From NCBI GenBank assembly GCA_028534125.1, contig CM052817.1, positions 100,318,001 to 100,382,000 of the forward strand: 64,000 nt of DNA, read 5' to 3'. Below the pieces are notes generated by a model. It did not search any database, had not been told where the DNA came from, and saw only the letters and a list, made by a program, of their open reading frames with translations. Below, one piece after another: positions 12,380-23,878 of this stretch; the first letter of the stretch is position 1; each line of letters begins with the position of its first letter. Position numbers and translations under genes: made by a program. The stretch comes from Lama glama (lineage: Eukaryota).

Positions 12380-13090
12380 CACCTGCCTGCAGCCCCCGGG
12401 GTTCAGGAGGCCTGGACCACCGCACCGCGCGGCTGCCGGCGTCGGAGCCGGAGGGACAACGACATTCAGTAGGGGGCACCCAAGAGCCCAGATGGCTGCC
12501 GGCTCCCCTCCCTTAGGGCCCAGCCGGCCGCGAAGGGCTTGGAATTTAATCCTCCACATTCCATTCAGGGTTCCTGTGACATAATAAAAGCCCAAGGAGG
12601 GATCTCGAGTGACTTGTCAGCAGAACCCCCGGCGGGATTTTCTATAGATAGCCAGGGCGTGTCTCGAGCTCGTCCCTCTCTGCGGGAGGAAAAGTGCTTT
12701 TCTGCCGTGCTGGGCAGCGCCGCGTGCGGCAGGTGGGGATCGGCCAGACCCCCGGGCCCGGGGGACTTTGTCCGGCAGCAGGGGACGGGGCGCGAGGGAT
12801 CCCAGGCCAGGAGAGGGAATTCCAACTATGGGGTTTTGGAGAAAACTATTTAGTTATTTGCCCTTGCTGACCTCACCCCACGTTGGGACTGCGGCTGCAG
12901 TGAGATGTCCCAAATACTGAGCCTCCAGCAGCCTTTGATGCTGGCTCTGAAAAGATTCCGTGGCCTGCGCCAGGCTCGCGCTGGAGAGCGAGGCGTGTTT
13001 GGAATGCCGGTGCGCAGGGGCTGTGATTGGAGGCTTGGGGTTTCAGGGTTCCTTCATTTGCATGGCCGTGCGTCTCCACTCTCACGTCCA
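12380..13090. promoter_or_regulatory. CpG-rich island, candidate promoter/insulator
   Basis: Dense retained CpGs; CTCF-like tcagtagggggcac 12466-12479; attgg 13026-13030; octamer atttgcat 13056-13063. Confidence 0.55.
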
Positions 13091-13539
13091 CAACAGAGCC
13101 TTGGAATTTGAAACTCTGTTTACCTTCCAGATTCCAAACAAGCAGCATTCCCATCAATAACACCACATAGGGACCGGGATGATGGTATAGAATCCGATCG
13201 TTAATAATATATTTTTTTCAACCTGTCGGCTGGTGGAGAGGAATTCTCCGAAGCTATGCATATATTTTACATAACATAATAGCTGAGCTGCCAAGGGCTT
13301 TAATGATATAATTCCATCATGGGATTTTGGGCTGTTTGGTTTATGCTGTCATCAGAACCCCGAGACAGAATTAATTCATGTAACTGGGACGAGCCTAAGT
13401 GCTGTGTTTCCATTCCCATTGTAAGTGAACTCAACTATTTTAATTGCCCAAACATTTGGTGGGTAGGGTATGAGATGGAGAGAAGCCTGTCTGATGTATT
13501 CATTAGCTGCAGAATAAATTCCTTAGAGGCAATATACTG

Positions 13540-13765
13540 TTGTTAAAAATATGAACATTCAGGTCAAATTGCCTGGGTTTGAATCTTGACTTGGCCTCGA
13601 AGCTATGAAAACTTGGGTGAGCTACTGATGATCCCTGAGCCTCTATTTACTCATCCGTGATATGTGGTTGTCAGAACTGAAAGGGCGGACAAATACAATA
13701 CCTCTGAAGGCCCTCGGTACAGTACCAAGCACAGTAGCTGTTGATACAGGGATGCTTTATTATTA
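13540..13765 (+). mobile_element. MIR SINE
   Basis: tgcctgggtttgaatcttgact...ccctgagcctctatttactcatccgt...tattatta. Confidence 0.65.
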
Positions 13766-14192
13766 GCTCCACAGAGAAAGCAAAACATCCCTGAAACGGT
13801 TCCCTGACACCGCGGAGGTCCAGGAATCTTAGCCACTTCCAGCCAGGAGCTTCTCTTTTTAGCCCCTGAATTCCCCAGATGCTCCACATTTGTGAATTGT
13901 ATTATTCCCAGCCAGGCAGAGCAGGATGGCAGCCCCCACCCTGTCTGGAATCCCAGAGCACCTCGGAGATTCTGACCTAGCACAGCTGCCTGTTGCAAAT
14001 AATTTAGGAAACATGAAACAGAACATATTGCAGTTCCACGGAAAGGTCTGCAGGGTGAACTTGATGTGTCTGTCAAGGATCTGTTTTCTCCTGCAGAAAG
14101 AAGAGAGCAGGGTTCTGCCTGGAAGAATATGGCCCTCCTACCCCACTGGGTGAGGAGCAGGACCTCCTCAAAAGCAGAAGATGGGGTCCATG

Positions 14193-14815
14193 TGAGACAG
14201 GATGGAAGAGGGCAGAGCACAGCCATTCAAGAAATGCTACAGCAATTAACATCAAAATGGTGAAAGATTCAACCCCCAGGAGACCCTGAGGCTCTAGATG
14301 GTGGGAGATTTAACTTCTAGCAGATCTTGAGCTTCATTATATGCTTATTGTAATACATTAACATGATGAATTACATGCCCACAGGCACCATGGCAGTCCC
14401 AAGGCTAGCCAAAAAAGGTCAAAGAGTGGGAAATGGCCAATTTCCTGGGAATCCCAGCCCCTTCCCCAGGCTACTTAGACTGGTCCTTCCACTTATTAGC
14501 ATATGAAGCCACCAAGCCCATAAAAACTGGCAACAAGGCACCTGGAGGCTGCCTCTCTCCATTCAGAGACGGCCTGCACTCTGTGGAGTGTGTACCTACT
14601 TTTAATCTGAGCACCCAGCCCCCATACCTCGGGGCCTTTCTCTTGCCTTTCAATGTATCTCTCTGAATAAATCTACTTTAACTCAACTGTGGCTTGCTCT
14701 TGAATTCTTTCCTGCATGAAATGAAGGACCCACATTTGGCAGGGCACATCCCAGCAGCTCAACCGAAACCTGGGACACGGCCATCCTCACGTCCCACATC
14801 CGATTTCCTGCGTCA
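14193..14815 (+). mobile_element. Solo ERV (ERV1-like) LTR, ~623 bp
   Basis: Ends tgagacagga...tcctgcgtca (imperfect inverted termini); 4-bp flanks catg/cagg; cataaaa TATA-like at ~14519; aataaa at 14666-14671. Confidence 0.75.
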
Positions 14816-14889
14816 CAGGGAGGTCTCCTTTCCCCTAGAGTCTGTTACGATGATACTTTGTTCACAGTGTCGAGAAAGGCTTCTCAGAG

Positions 14890-15110
14890 TAGAGGTAGAC
14901 CTTAGTTTTGTAATACAAAAATGATGACTTCAAATCTTGCCTCTGCTAGAGTTGTAGGACCTTGGGCACAGAACTTAATGTTTCTGAACCTGTTTGTTCT
15001 TAAAATCTGCAAGAGGAAGACAATGGAAAGCCCTTCCCTGGGCGGTTGGGTGGATCCAATGGCTTATTGCATGGAAAGGACCCACTACATCTTCTGACAC
15101 GTGGTAGACC
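14890..15110 (+). mobile_element. MIR SINE (diverged); donor of the inverted copy at 16274-16306
   Basis: ttcaaatcttgcctctgctag...gaccttgggcacagaacttaatgtttctgaacctgttt. Confidence 0.6.
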
Positions 15111-16634
15111 CCTTGTGAACCTTGTTTCCTCTTCCTAATGGCCTCGAGGGCCAAAACAGAAAGACAATGTGCACTCAGTTCTCTCCTACCCTTTTCCAAG
15201 AGTGAAGAGGGAAGAAGACCATAGAGCAGAGGGAGAATGCCACTTTAGAGAGAAAGGCACAGTGATGTGATGTCACTGGCCGGGTCCTCAGGTGGTGGTG
15301 ACACAAGGAGGCTGAAATGCACTGTCCTGCAGCCCATACATGGCCAAGGCAGGACCCTTGTCTTCACAAGCAGCCCAGTTATGGATGCTTCCTGCCTTCT
15401 CTGAGGACACCAACCCAAATGCCCTGAGAAAAGGGACTTTAAGGATCTAGATATTGCTGTTAACTGTCAGCGTGAAAGGATGTTTTATCTCAATTTTTAA
15501 AAAATTTTTGCTTGAAATCTGGTCACCCTTCCCTAGCTGTGATCTCTAGAACCGGGAGTCCCAGCTCATCTTGGAGTAGAGTTTAGAGTCTGTAAATACT
15601 CCCACTCACTTTCCTTGCCAAGCAATGGCAGCAAATAATCATTAAGTCGGGGGAGAGGGTATGACATGGCCCACAGGCTGCTGGAGGGCCCCCTGTATGA
15701 TGCATGCTGAGATGTTCTTCATAACTAGAATGAACGCTACTTCCAAATAACCAAGAATTTGTGTTGGATCAATGCAATTTCAGGCCTTTTCTACTCATTC
15801 TCTGCGACTTTTTCTTAGGTACCTCTGCCTTCTCTGAAAATATTTTGTTCTCACCTATGTGAGTGAACTGGTCACAGTCATTCTTGGGAACTGCGAATGC
15901 AGTTGAATTTATTTGCAGGTCAACTCTGCACCTGCCAAGTCCCTGGAACAGATATTTGGAAAGAAAGAACCATAGCTACATATATATATGGCCTTGCTTG
16001 TTTTCACCTCCAAAGCAGGTACATGCCTGTTAAGTCTCACGTATTTCCCCCATGGCTCCTAGAATAGTTCTCTCTAGGAGTTGGCATTCCATAAATAATA
16101 CAGCCTAATTTCAGGTTCCAGAAGAGACTTAGAGGCAAATGGAGTGGGTAGGGGGCTGCAGAAAATAGACTCCCCTCTTTTTAGTGACCCATTGTTTGTG
16201 ACTGACACCATTACGCACCCCAGAAGGCCGAGTATATAGTTTACACTAAATCATTCTAAGAAAGCATCAATGTAAACAGGTTCAGAAGCATTAAGTTCTG
16301 TGCCCATATAGCCACTGGACATTCTTTTAGATTGTAATCACCAAAGAGACTGAGCCTTTGCTTGGTCCACTTTGTCTCATGCCCGGCACCATGTTACAAT
16401 TAAATGTATAATTTTATTAAAAAATTAATGCTATTAGAAATGGACAAGAATCCTGGGAGTTTCACTGGGCTGAGATTGCCTCCTTAGTTGCAGTGAACCA
16501 ACCTGCCTCTTTGATAAGTCCCCTGGCTCTCCTGGGCCTCAGTTATATTTGTAAAATGGCCAGATCATTGCTTCCAAAACTTTTTAACCATCAAAAAAAA
16601 AATTCTTGGACACTTTCCCTCAGCCCCACCACCT

Positions 16635-16880
16635 CATTCATTTGCTTGACAAGTATTTACTGAGCACTTAGGATGTGCCAAGCAGTCTACTAGGAGTTGG
16701 AAATACAATTTGTGAGAAAAATAAATGCATTTCTTGCCCTCATGAAACTTATAGTCTGGAGAAACAGACACAAAATAAATGGCCATGGAAATAGAAATAC
16801 AATTAAAAATTAAGTGCTCTAAAGGAAAACATAGAGATTATGAGTCTAATATGAAAACCTAATTAGGGCTGAGGGGATCA
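16635..16880 (-). mobile_element. L2 3' end
   Basis: cattcatttgcttgacaagtatttactgagcacttaggatgtgccaag...cttgccctcatgaaacttatagtct. Confidence 0.75.
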
Positions 16881-17281
16881 TAGAAAACTGTGGTTGTATT
16901 TTTAGATGTCCTTTGAGAAACCACATAATGATAAAAAGTTACTGTTGATTGAATAATTCTTTAAAATTATTTGTATTTTATGCAGCACAGTAGCGTGTAT
17001 ATACAAAGAGGGAAAGGTAGATTTCTAAATTTCTGAAACAGCTGGAATCTATGACTACTTTGTATATGAATGTGCACATGGACACCAGGCATTTTGCAAA
17101 TTCTGCAGCCTCCCAGGGGACTGAGGACCACATAACCAGAATCTCCCTCATCTCCCACTGCTCCTAATGGCAATTTGCAGGGCTCCTCAGGGACGATCTT
17201 AAAGAAAAAGTGTTGGCTTCTGCTTGGGCTTCCCATGAACACTCAGTGAAGGCTGGGTCAGCTGCCTCCTCCCCAGAGGAC

Positions 17282-17842
17282 TTCCTGTTTGGACTGTGAC
17301 TTATTTGCACATTTTGTTTGGTTTTCCCTCCAGGTTCTGATGGTCTTTCTTCTTGCTCGTAGAAGAAACATATACCTTCTATATCGTATTCAGCTTTTAC
17401 TCATTCTACTCATTCCATGGGAACCACTCCATTCTTCTTGAAAATCTTTTTTCTCAGAGTCCCTTGATGTCTATTAATGCAGACTAATTGTTTGCTAGGT
17501 CAGCTAACAAATGGCATCCAGGAATTTCCCAAGCGAATTGTATTATTTCTTTTTAAAAACTTTTAAATTTTTTTGGGGGGGGATAATTAGGTTTCTATTT
17601 ACTTATTAGCGGAGGCACTGGGAATTGAACTCCGGACCTTGTGCATGCTAAGTTTGCACTCTACCACTGAGCTATACCCTCCCTGCCCTTGTATTATTTC
17701 TTATATTAAAAACTCTCCCTTTTCTGGGATTTTTGCCTTAGTTTTGCTGAAGTTGACACATTCAAGTCATTTCCTCAGAACGGGTCTATAGAATTAAGCT
17801 TCGTTTATTCTGCAATATCTGAAACTGACTTTATCAGCTGAT
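17282..17842 (+). repeat. Local direct duplication, copy 1 (contains a Vic-1 insertion)
   Basis: Colinear with 20098-20510 from ttcctgtttggac to aatatctgaaactg. Confidence 0.9.
17552..17683 (-). mobile_element. Vic-1 SINE
   Basis: Reverse-complement head ...ctctaccactgagctataccctccc; TSD ttgtattatttctt at 17538-17551 and 17689-17702. Confidence 0.92.
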
Positions 17843-19879
17843 GACTGCAGACGGGGCTCCTGACTAGAAGTGCAGGCCAGTTCCCCACCACCTGGCAAAA
17901 TTTATTTACCTCCAGGCAGATCTGAGCTACATCATAGCCACCGTTCAAAAGCTTCAACAAGCCCTTTCCACAATCATTCCTTGGCTTACCAAGTGGAGGC
18001 AGCAAGGGCTCTTCCACAGGCCCACCAACCGCCAACCCTGTCCGTCTGTAGTTTATTTCTCAGGGCTCAATCAGGTAATTGTGCATTACATCCCCAAAGC
18101 AAGCATATGTTTCTTCCATCACAGCCTCCTAGCTATGTCATGGCTCTACATATCTGATTTATGTTTCCAGATACAGTCTTTAAAGGTTTGGGTCAAAGTC
18201 CTCATTGGAAGTAGATTTCAATACTCAAATCCTCTTTGCTTAACTCAGAAGCAACAAATTCAGATAACAAGCTGGGTTGAGGACGGGAACCATCCCCTCA
18301 AATAAGCAAACCAGCTAAGAATGGATGAGGAATTCAAATTCTGCTTGCGACTGCCTGTCTTCTCCTGGTGGAGGGACACAGGAGGCCCAGGACTGAGACT
18401 GGTGCAGATGTGCAGAAAAGGAGGGTCCTTGCAGTGTTGGTGGTACCTCCCCTAGATCCGAATCCCTGGGTGACAGAGATGTCCCATTGCTGCAGTGGTG
18501 GCCAGCCCAGTGGTTACTCAGTCACTATTTGTTGAAAGAGTGAAGAGTCTGGAAAAATGTTGGTTGAGGTCACAGAGCCAAGCAAGTGGACAGAAACAAG
18601 CCTCAAATGTACCAGGAGAGAGTCTGAAGGCAAAGGAGGGTGCACCAGAGAAGTCAGGCAGGGGACGGAGCAGAGGGCTTGAGACAACACTGCTCCACTG
18701 AACCAGTCCAAGGCCAGAGAATGAGATGTACTTTCAGGAAAACACAGCGCAAGCACCCAGTTGCCACACACCCAGCTGAACGCTCCCATTGCAAAAGGAC
18801 TGTTCCCCTTGCAGAAGGTCTGACCTCACCATCCCTTTCAGTAGGAAGCAACTCGAGTTCCAAATATGTAACAATTATCTGACGTGGGCCATTTGTTTTT
18901 ACTTCAATTCCATCAATGTCTAAAATAAGATTAAAGGTGACAAAGTGCTCATAGATAGCTGGTGCGTGCCAGCAAATGGAAACAGTGATCTACAAAGCAC
19001 GTCCTCACTCTGACCTGTTCTGTCCTCACCACGGCCCATGAGTCAGGCTCTGCATTTGGTGTTGGAAGAACTGAGTTCAACCCCCACCAATGGCCAGTGT
19101 GAGCTGGGATAAATCACTTAACCTCTCTGAGCTTCGCTTTTTTCTCTCACTTCAATGTGACAATTTCATTTATTTTTGTAATCAATTTTTGTGACATGGC
19201 AGTGAAACAGGTTTCCAGGACTTAAATTCAGATTTTATCAGTGATTCCTGTGCATGACTGAAATAGCAAAGAGTTCAAAAGTTTTGCAAAGTCAAGAAAC
19301 AGTGCCACCTCATCCCACTCCTCACAGAGGACAGCCTCGAACCAGGTTCTGTTTTTAGCTCTGCCTGTGGTTTCTCCTTCCATCTCCAAATGGTATGTTT
19401 ACACTGCTCTGTCTTGATCAGCAACCTTAGCAGACATTATCTCTCCACTTCCTTCTAGAGTAGAAAAAGTTTTAAATCATGACCCTACTCCCTCCCACAT
19501 TTTGAAAGTTTTAGCTATTTTAGTCGCTCTGTTACTATTGTAACTGTAGACAAATCCTCAGTTCTTGTCCCAGCACCAGTCACTAATACCTCTGACCACT
19601 CATTCAGGAAGATGAAGATAAAAGCAAAAAGTCTCTTGCGTCCACTTCTCCACCCACTTCTACCTCCCAAATTCTATCTATCCTGTAACCACAATTAAGT
19701 TTCCCCTGCCTTGTTTATAGGTTGAGTCTAAAAACTGAAAACCAGAAAACAGTGCTTACATGATGATTACGTAAATATTGTTACCAAGCCAGTCTGCCGT
19801 GATTATGTTTTTCTCTGTGGTTCCAATGTCATGACCCCCTGTGCCACTCAAAGCAAAATGTTTCAAGCATCAAGAACAA

Positions 19880-20040
19880 ACAGTAGAGCACAGGGAACTA
19901 CATTCAATACCTTGTCACAGCCTATGATGAAAAAGAATATGAAAAGGAATATATATGTATCACTGATTCATTGTGTTATACACCAGAAATTAACACGTTG
20001 TAACCTGACTATACCTCAATAAAAAAAAAAAAAGAAAAAA
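19880..20040 (+). mobile_element. Short 5'-truncated L1 3' end with poly(A)
   Basis: gcacagggaactacattcaatacc...caccagaaattaacacgttgtaacctgactatacctcaataaaaaaaa. Confidence 0.85.
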
Positions 20041-20097
20041 TATTCTTCTTTCTCATACTCATCCAATTGTTCAAAATAAGGCCACATTTTAGTTTAG

Positions 20098-20510
20098 TTC
20101 CTGTTTGGACAGTGACTTATTTGTATGTTTTGTTTTGTTTTGTTTTGTTTTGTTTTTCCTTGAGTTTCTGAAGGTCTTTTTTTTCTTGTTGGTAGAAGAA
20201 ACATATACCTTCTTTATCATATTCAGCTTTTAACTCTTTCTACTCATTTCATGGGACCCACTCCATTCTTCTTGAGAATGTGTTTTCTTAGAGTCCATTG
20301 ATGTTCTGTATTAAGGTGGACAAATTGCTTGCTAGGTTGGCTGATAAAATCCAGGAATTTTCTGGGTGAATTTTATTATTTCTTATATTAAAAACTCTCC
20401 CTTTTCTGGGAGTTTGCCTTAGTTTTGCTTCAAGTCATTTCCTCAGAAAGGATCTATAGAAATAAACTTCATTTATTGTGTAATATCTGAAACTGCCTTT
20501 ATTAGGTGAT
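20098..20510 (+). repeat. Local direct duplication, copy 2 (empty SINE site)
   Basis: Matches 17282-17842 minus the SINE; single copy of ttattatttcttatattaaaaactc. Confidence 0.9.
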
Positions 20511-21107
20511 ATTTAAATGTTTGTTTGGCTTAATATGGAATTCTAGTTTTAAAGTAATTTGTTCTCAGAACTTTTAAAAACTTTACTGCATTTTGGCACC
20601 TGTAGTTTTGCATTTGAAATCTATGCCAAGTTAGATTTTCTTTTTCGAGGACTAATTTTTTTCTCTTTGGAAACTCTTAGACATTTCTGATCCCCAGCGT
20701 TCTGAAATCTTGCAGTGAGTGTGTCTAAGCCAAAGAATTGTTTCTTTTTTCTTGCTGGGATTTGGTAGCCTTTTTGTTTTGAAAATTCTGAGCCTTTTCT
20801 TCTACTATTTCATTGGTTATTTTCCCTTTGTGTTTTCGTTGTTCTGATTTGAACTCCTAAAAGGCAGCTGCAGAACTCTGTAACTGATCTTCTGTGTCTT
20901 TTTTCTTCATATGGTTAATCTTATTCTCTTTTTCCTCTGTGTTCTAGGAGATTTTCTCAACTTTATATTCTATCATTTCCATTAAACATTTAACTTGGAA
21001 ATCGTATTTTCTAATTTCTGAGGATTCTTTCCTGTTTGAATTGTTCCCTTTTTCTTAGCATTTGGTTCTCCTGGATCTGTGCAATACCTTTCCAAAGCTT
21101 CCTGGAG

Positions 21108-21463
21108 TAGGGTGATTGTCTTAGACACTGCTGCTATAACGAAAATGCCATAGACTGAGGGCTTAAACAGCAAGCGTGTTTCTGACAGTTCTGGAGGCTG
21201 GGGTGTCCAAGATCAAGGTGTCGGTAGATTCAGCATCTGGCGAGAGCTCCACCCTCATGAACTAATCACCTTCCAGAGGTCCCACCTCCTACGACCATCA
21301 CATGGGGGGTTAGGGTTTCTATATACAGGTTTTGAGGAGACACAAACATTCAGACCATAACGATTGTATATCTTGGTTTGTTGCAGATGATCATGATTTA
21401 TACCTGTTGTCCTGGCATAATTATTAACAGCTCCCTATGTCACTTTCAGAACTGTCTCAGGTT
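21108..21463 (+). mobile_element. MER94-like hAT MITE, 5' part (interrupted by an MLT1A-like LTR; resumes ~23145-23165)
   Basis: tagggtga terminus; cctgttgtcctggcataattattaacagctccc...cactttc matches recalled MER94 core. Confidence 0.6.
21117..21361 (-). mobile_element. MLT1A-like MaLR LTR (internally deleted)
   Basis: cagttctggaggctggg...tccaagatcaaggtg...cacaaacattcagaccataac. Confidence 0.75.
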
Positions 21464-21464
21464 A

Positions 21465-22190
21465 TCCATAGTGGCTGCACCAATTTGCATTCCTACCAAC
21501 AGTGTAGGAGGGTTCCTTTTCTCTTCACCTTCTCCAACATTTATTATTTGCACACTTTTTGATGATGGCCATTCTGACTGGTGTGAGGTGAAACTTCATT
21601 GTAGTTTTGCTTTGTATTTCTCTAATAATTAACAATATTGAGCATCTTTTCATGTGTCTGTTGGCCATCTGGATGTCTTCTTTGGAGACATGTCCATTTA
21701 GGTCTCCTGCCCATTTTTTTCACTGGGTTGTTTGTTTTCTTGATATTGAGTTGTATGAGCTGTTTGTGTATTTTAGAAATTAAGCCCTTGTTGGTTGCAT
21801 TGTTTGCAAATTCTTTCTGCCATTCCATAGATTGTCTTTTTGTTTTGTTTATGGTTTCCCTCACTGTGCAAAAGCTTTTAAGTTTAATTAGGTCCCATTA
21901 ATTTATTTTTGCTTTTGTTTCCATTACTCTAGGAGAAGGATCCAAAAAATATTGCAGCAATTTGTGTCAAAGAGTGCCCTGCCTATGTTTTCCTCTAGGA
22001 GTTTTATAGTATTCAGCATTACATTTAGGTCTTTAATCCTTTTTGAGTTTATGTTTATGTTTATAAATAGTGTTAGACAATGTTCTAATTTCATTCTTTA
22101 ACATGTAGCTGCCCAGTTTTCCCAGCACCACTTATTGAAAAGGCTGTATTTTCTCCATTGTATATTCTTGTCTCCTTTGTTGTAGATTAT
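21465..22190 (-). mobile_element. L1 ORF2 fragment, inverted 5' segment of a twin-primed L1
   Basis: ORF 21622-21864(-) reads [31 protein letters not shown] (L1 ORF2p). Confidence 0.9.
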
Positions 22191-22860
22191 TATGGAGGTT
22201 CCTTTAAAAACTAAAAATAAAATTACCATACAATCCAGCAATCCCACTCCTGGGCATATATCCAGAAAAGACAAAAACCCTAATTCAAAAAGATACATAC
22301 ACCCCAATGTTCACAACAGCACTATTTACAATAGCCAAGACATGGAAACAGCCTAAATGTCCACCAAAAGATGAATGGATAAAGAAGACATGGTGTACAT
22401 ATATATGTGTATACTCATGAAATACTACTCAGCCATAAAAAAAGAATGAAATAATGCCATTTGCAGCAACATAGATGGACCTAGAGATTATCATACTAAG
22501 TCAGAGTAAGACAAATATCATATGATATTACTTATATGTAGAATCTTTGAAATATGATACAAAAGAACTTACTTACAAAACAGAAATAGACTCACAGACA
22601 TAGAAAACAAACTTATCATTACCAAAGAAGAAAGAGGTGGGGAGGGATAAATTTGGAATTTGGGATTAACAGATATACTCTACTATATATATAAAACAGA
22701 TAAATAACATGGATCTATTGTATAGCACAGAGAACTATATTCAATAGCTTGTAATAGCCTATCATGGAAAAGAATCTGGAAATATATATATATAACTGAA
22801 TCACTTTGCTGAACACGTGAAACATTGTGTATCAACCATATTCAATAAAAAATTTAAAAA
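22191..22860 (+). mobile_element. L1 ORF2 C-terminus + 3'UTR, non-inverted segment
   Basis: tatggaggttcc...ccagcaatcccactcctgggcata...; aataaa at 22844-22849. Confidence 0.9.
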
Positions 22861-23853
22861 CTTTAAAAGTGAAATGAGAAGAAGAATGTAGAACTATAGG
22901 GTACAATAGCAACTAGTGTATTTGTAACTCAGTTAAACATTCAAGAGCTACCATATATTTAATTCTTACTCTGTGGCAGGTACAAGGGAAGAATTTTATT
23001 TATATTTCTTAAAACTTATGCAACTCTTTTTCATTTAAGCCAAGTTTCTATGTCTGTGTTGAATACATTCAAATTTATTTACTTTAATACTTAAGAAACC
23101 ACTTTAATAAAGATATTTTTAACTTAAAAGCAATTGCCCAGATTGGATAAATCACACAGTCTCTTTATTGTGAAGAAAGATACTAAGAATTATTTGTAAA
23201 GTTCTCTTCTGCTCTTGAGTGATTTCTGTTTCTTCAGGGTGACATTTTCAGGTTGTTATTTGTAACCCTGATTGTCCATTGATATTTAAGATTGAGGGGT
23301 TAGTCATTAGGAGCTGTGAGTGCACAGTTTGTTGAACAGTGGGCTTTGCTCCAATGCAAATGGATCGGGAACTGACTGTTGTTCTGGAGAATTCCGAAAA
23401 AAAGAATAAGAAGGATTATACCCTGGGGTACCAGCAACCATAACAGCCATCCAAAATCTTCTTAGACCATTTGTTTAATTCCTTTAGGGATTGATATAAT
23501 TTTTTTTTTTTGTGGTGGTGATCATTTCCTGGCTGTCATGCATTCTGGGTATGGAGCACGGGAGTAGGAGGTGGGAGTGGGCTGCAATCATTTTATATAC
23601 AGACTTTTAATCAGTCCCTCTCTTTCCATTCTAGTTCTCAGTCCTCCCTTCTGTCTTACCTGCCAACTCGGGCTCAGAACCTGCCCAGGTTCTGCTGGGT
23701 AGACTGATTTCATCCTTTACTGCAAGCACCATCAAAGTTTCTCACATGCACTTTTTGGCTGCCAGAAATTTGCTAAAACTACTCATCCACTGACAGTGTC
23801 CCCTCTCCATGCTTTTTACTGTTATGAGTTTATGCTTTTTTTCCTTTACTATT

Positions 23854-23878
23854 TGTGTGTGTGTGTGTGTGTGTGTGT
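23854..23878. repeat. (TG)n microsatellite
   Basis: Direct read. Confidence 0.9.

Noticed and set aside
13651..14226. 191-aa ORF
   Set aside because: Overlaps a MIR and an LTR end; no recognisable product
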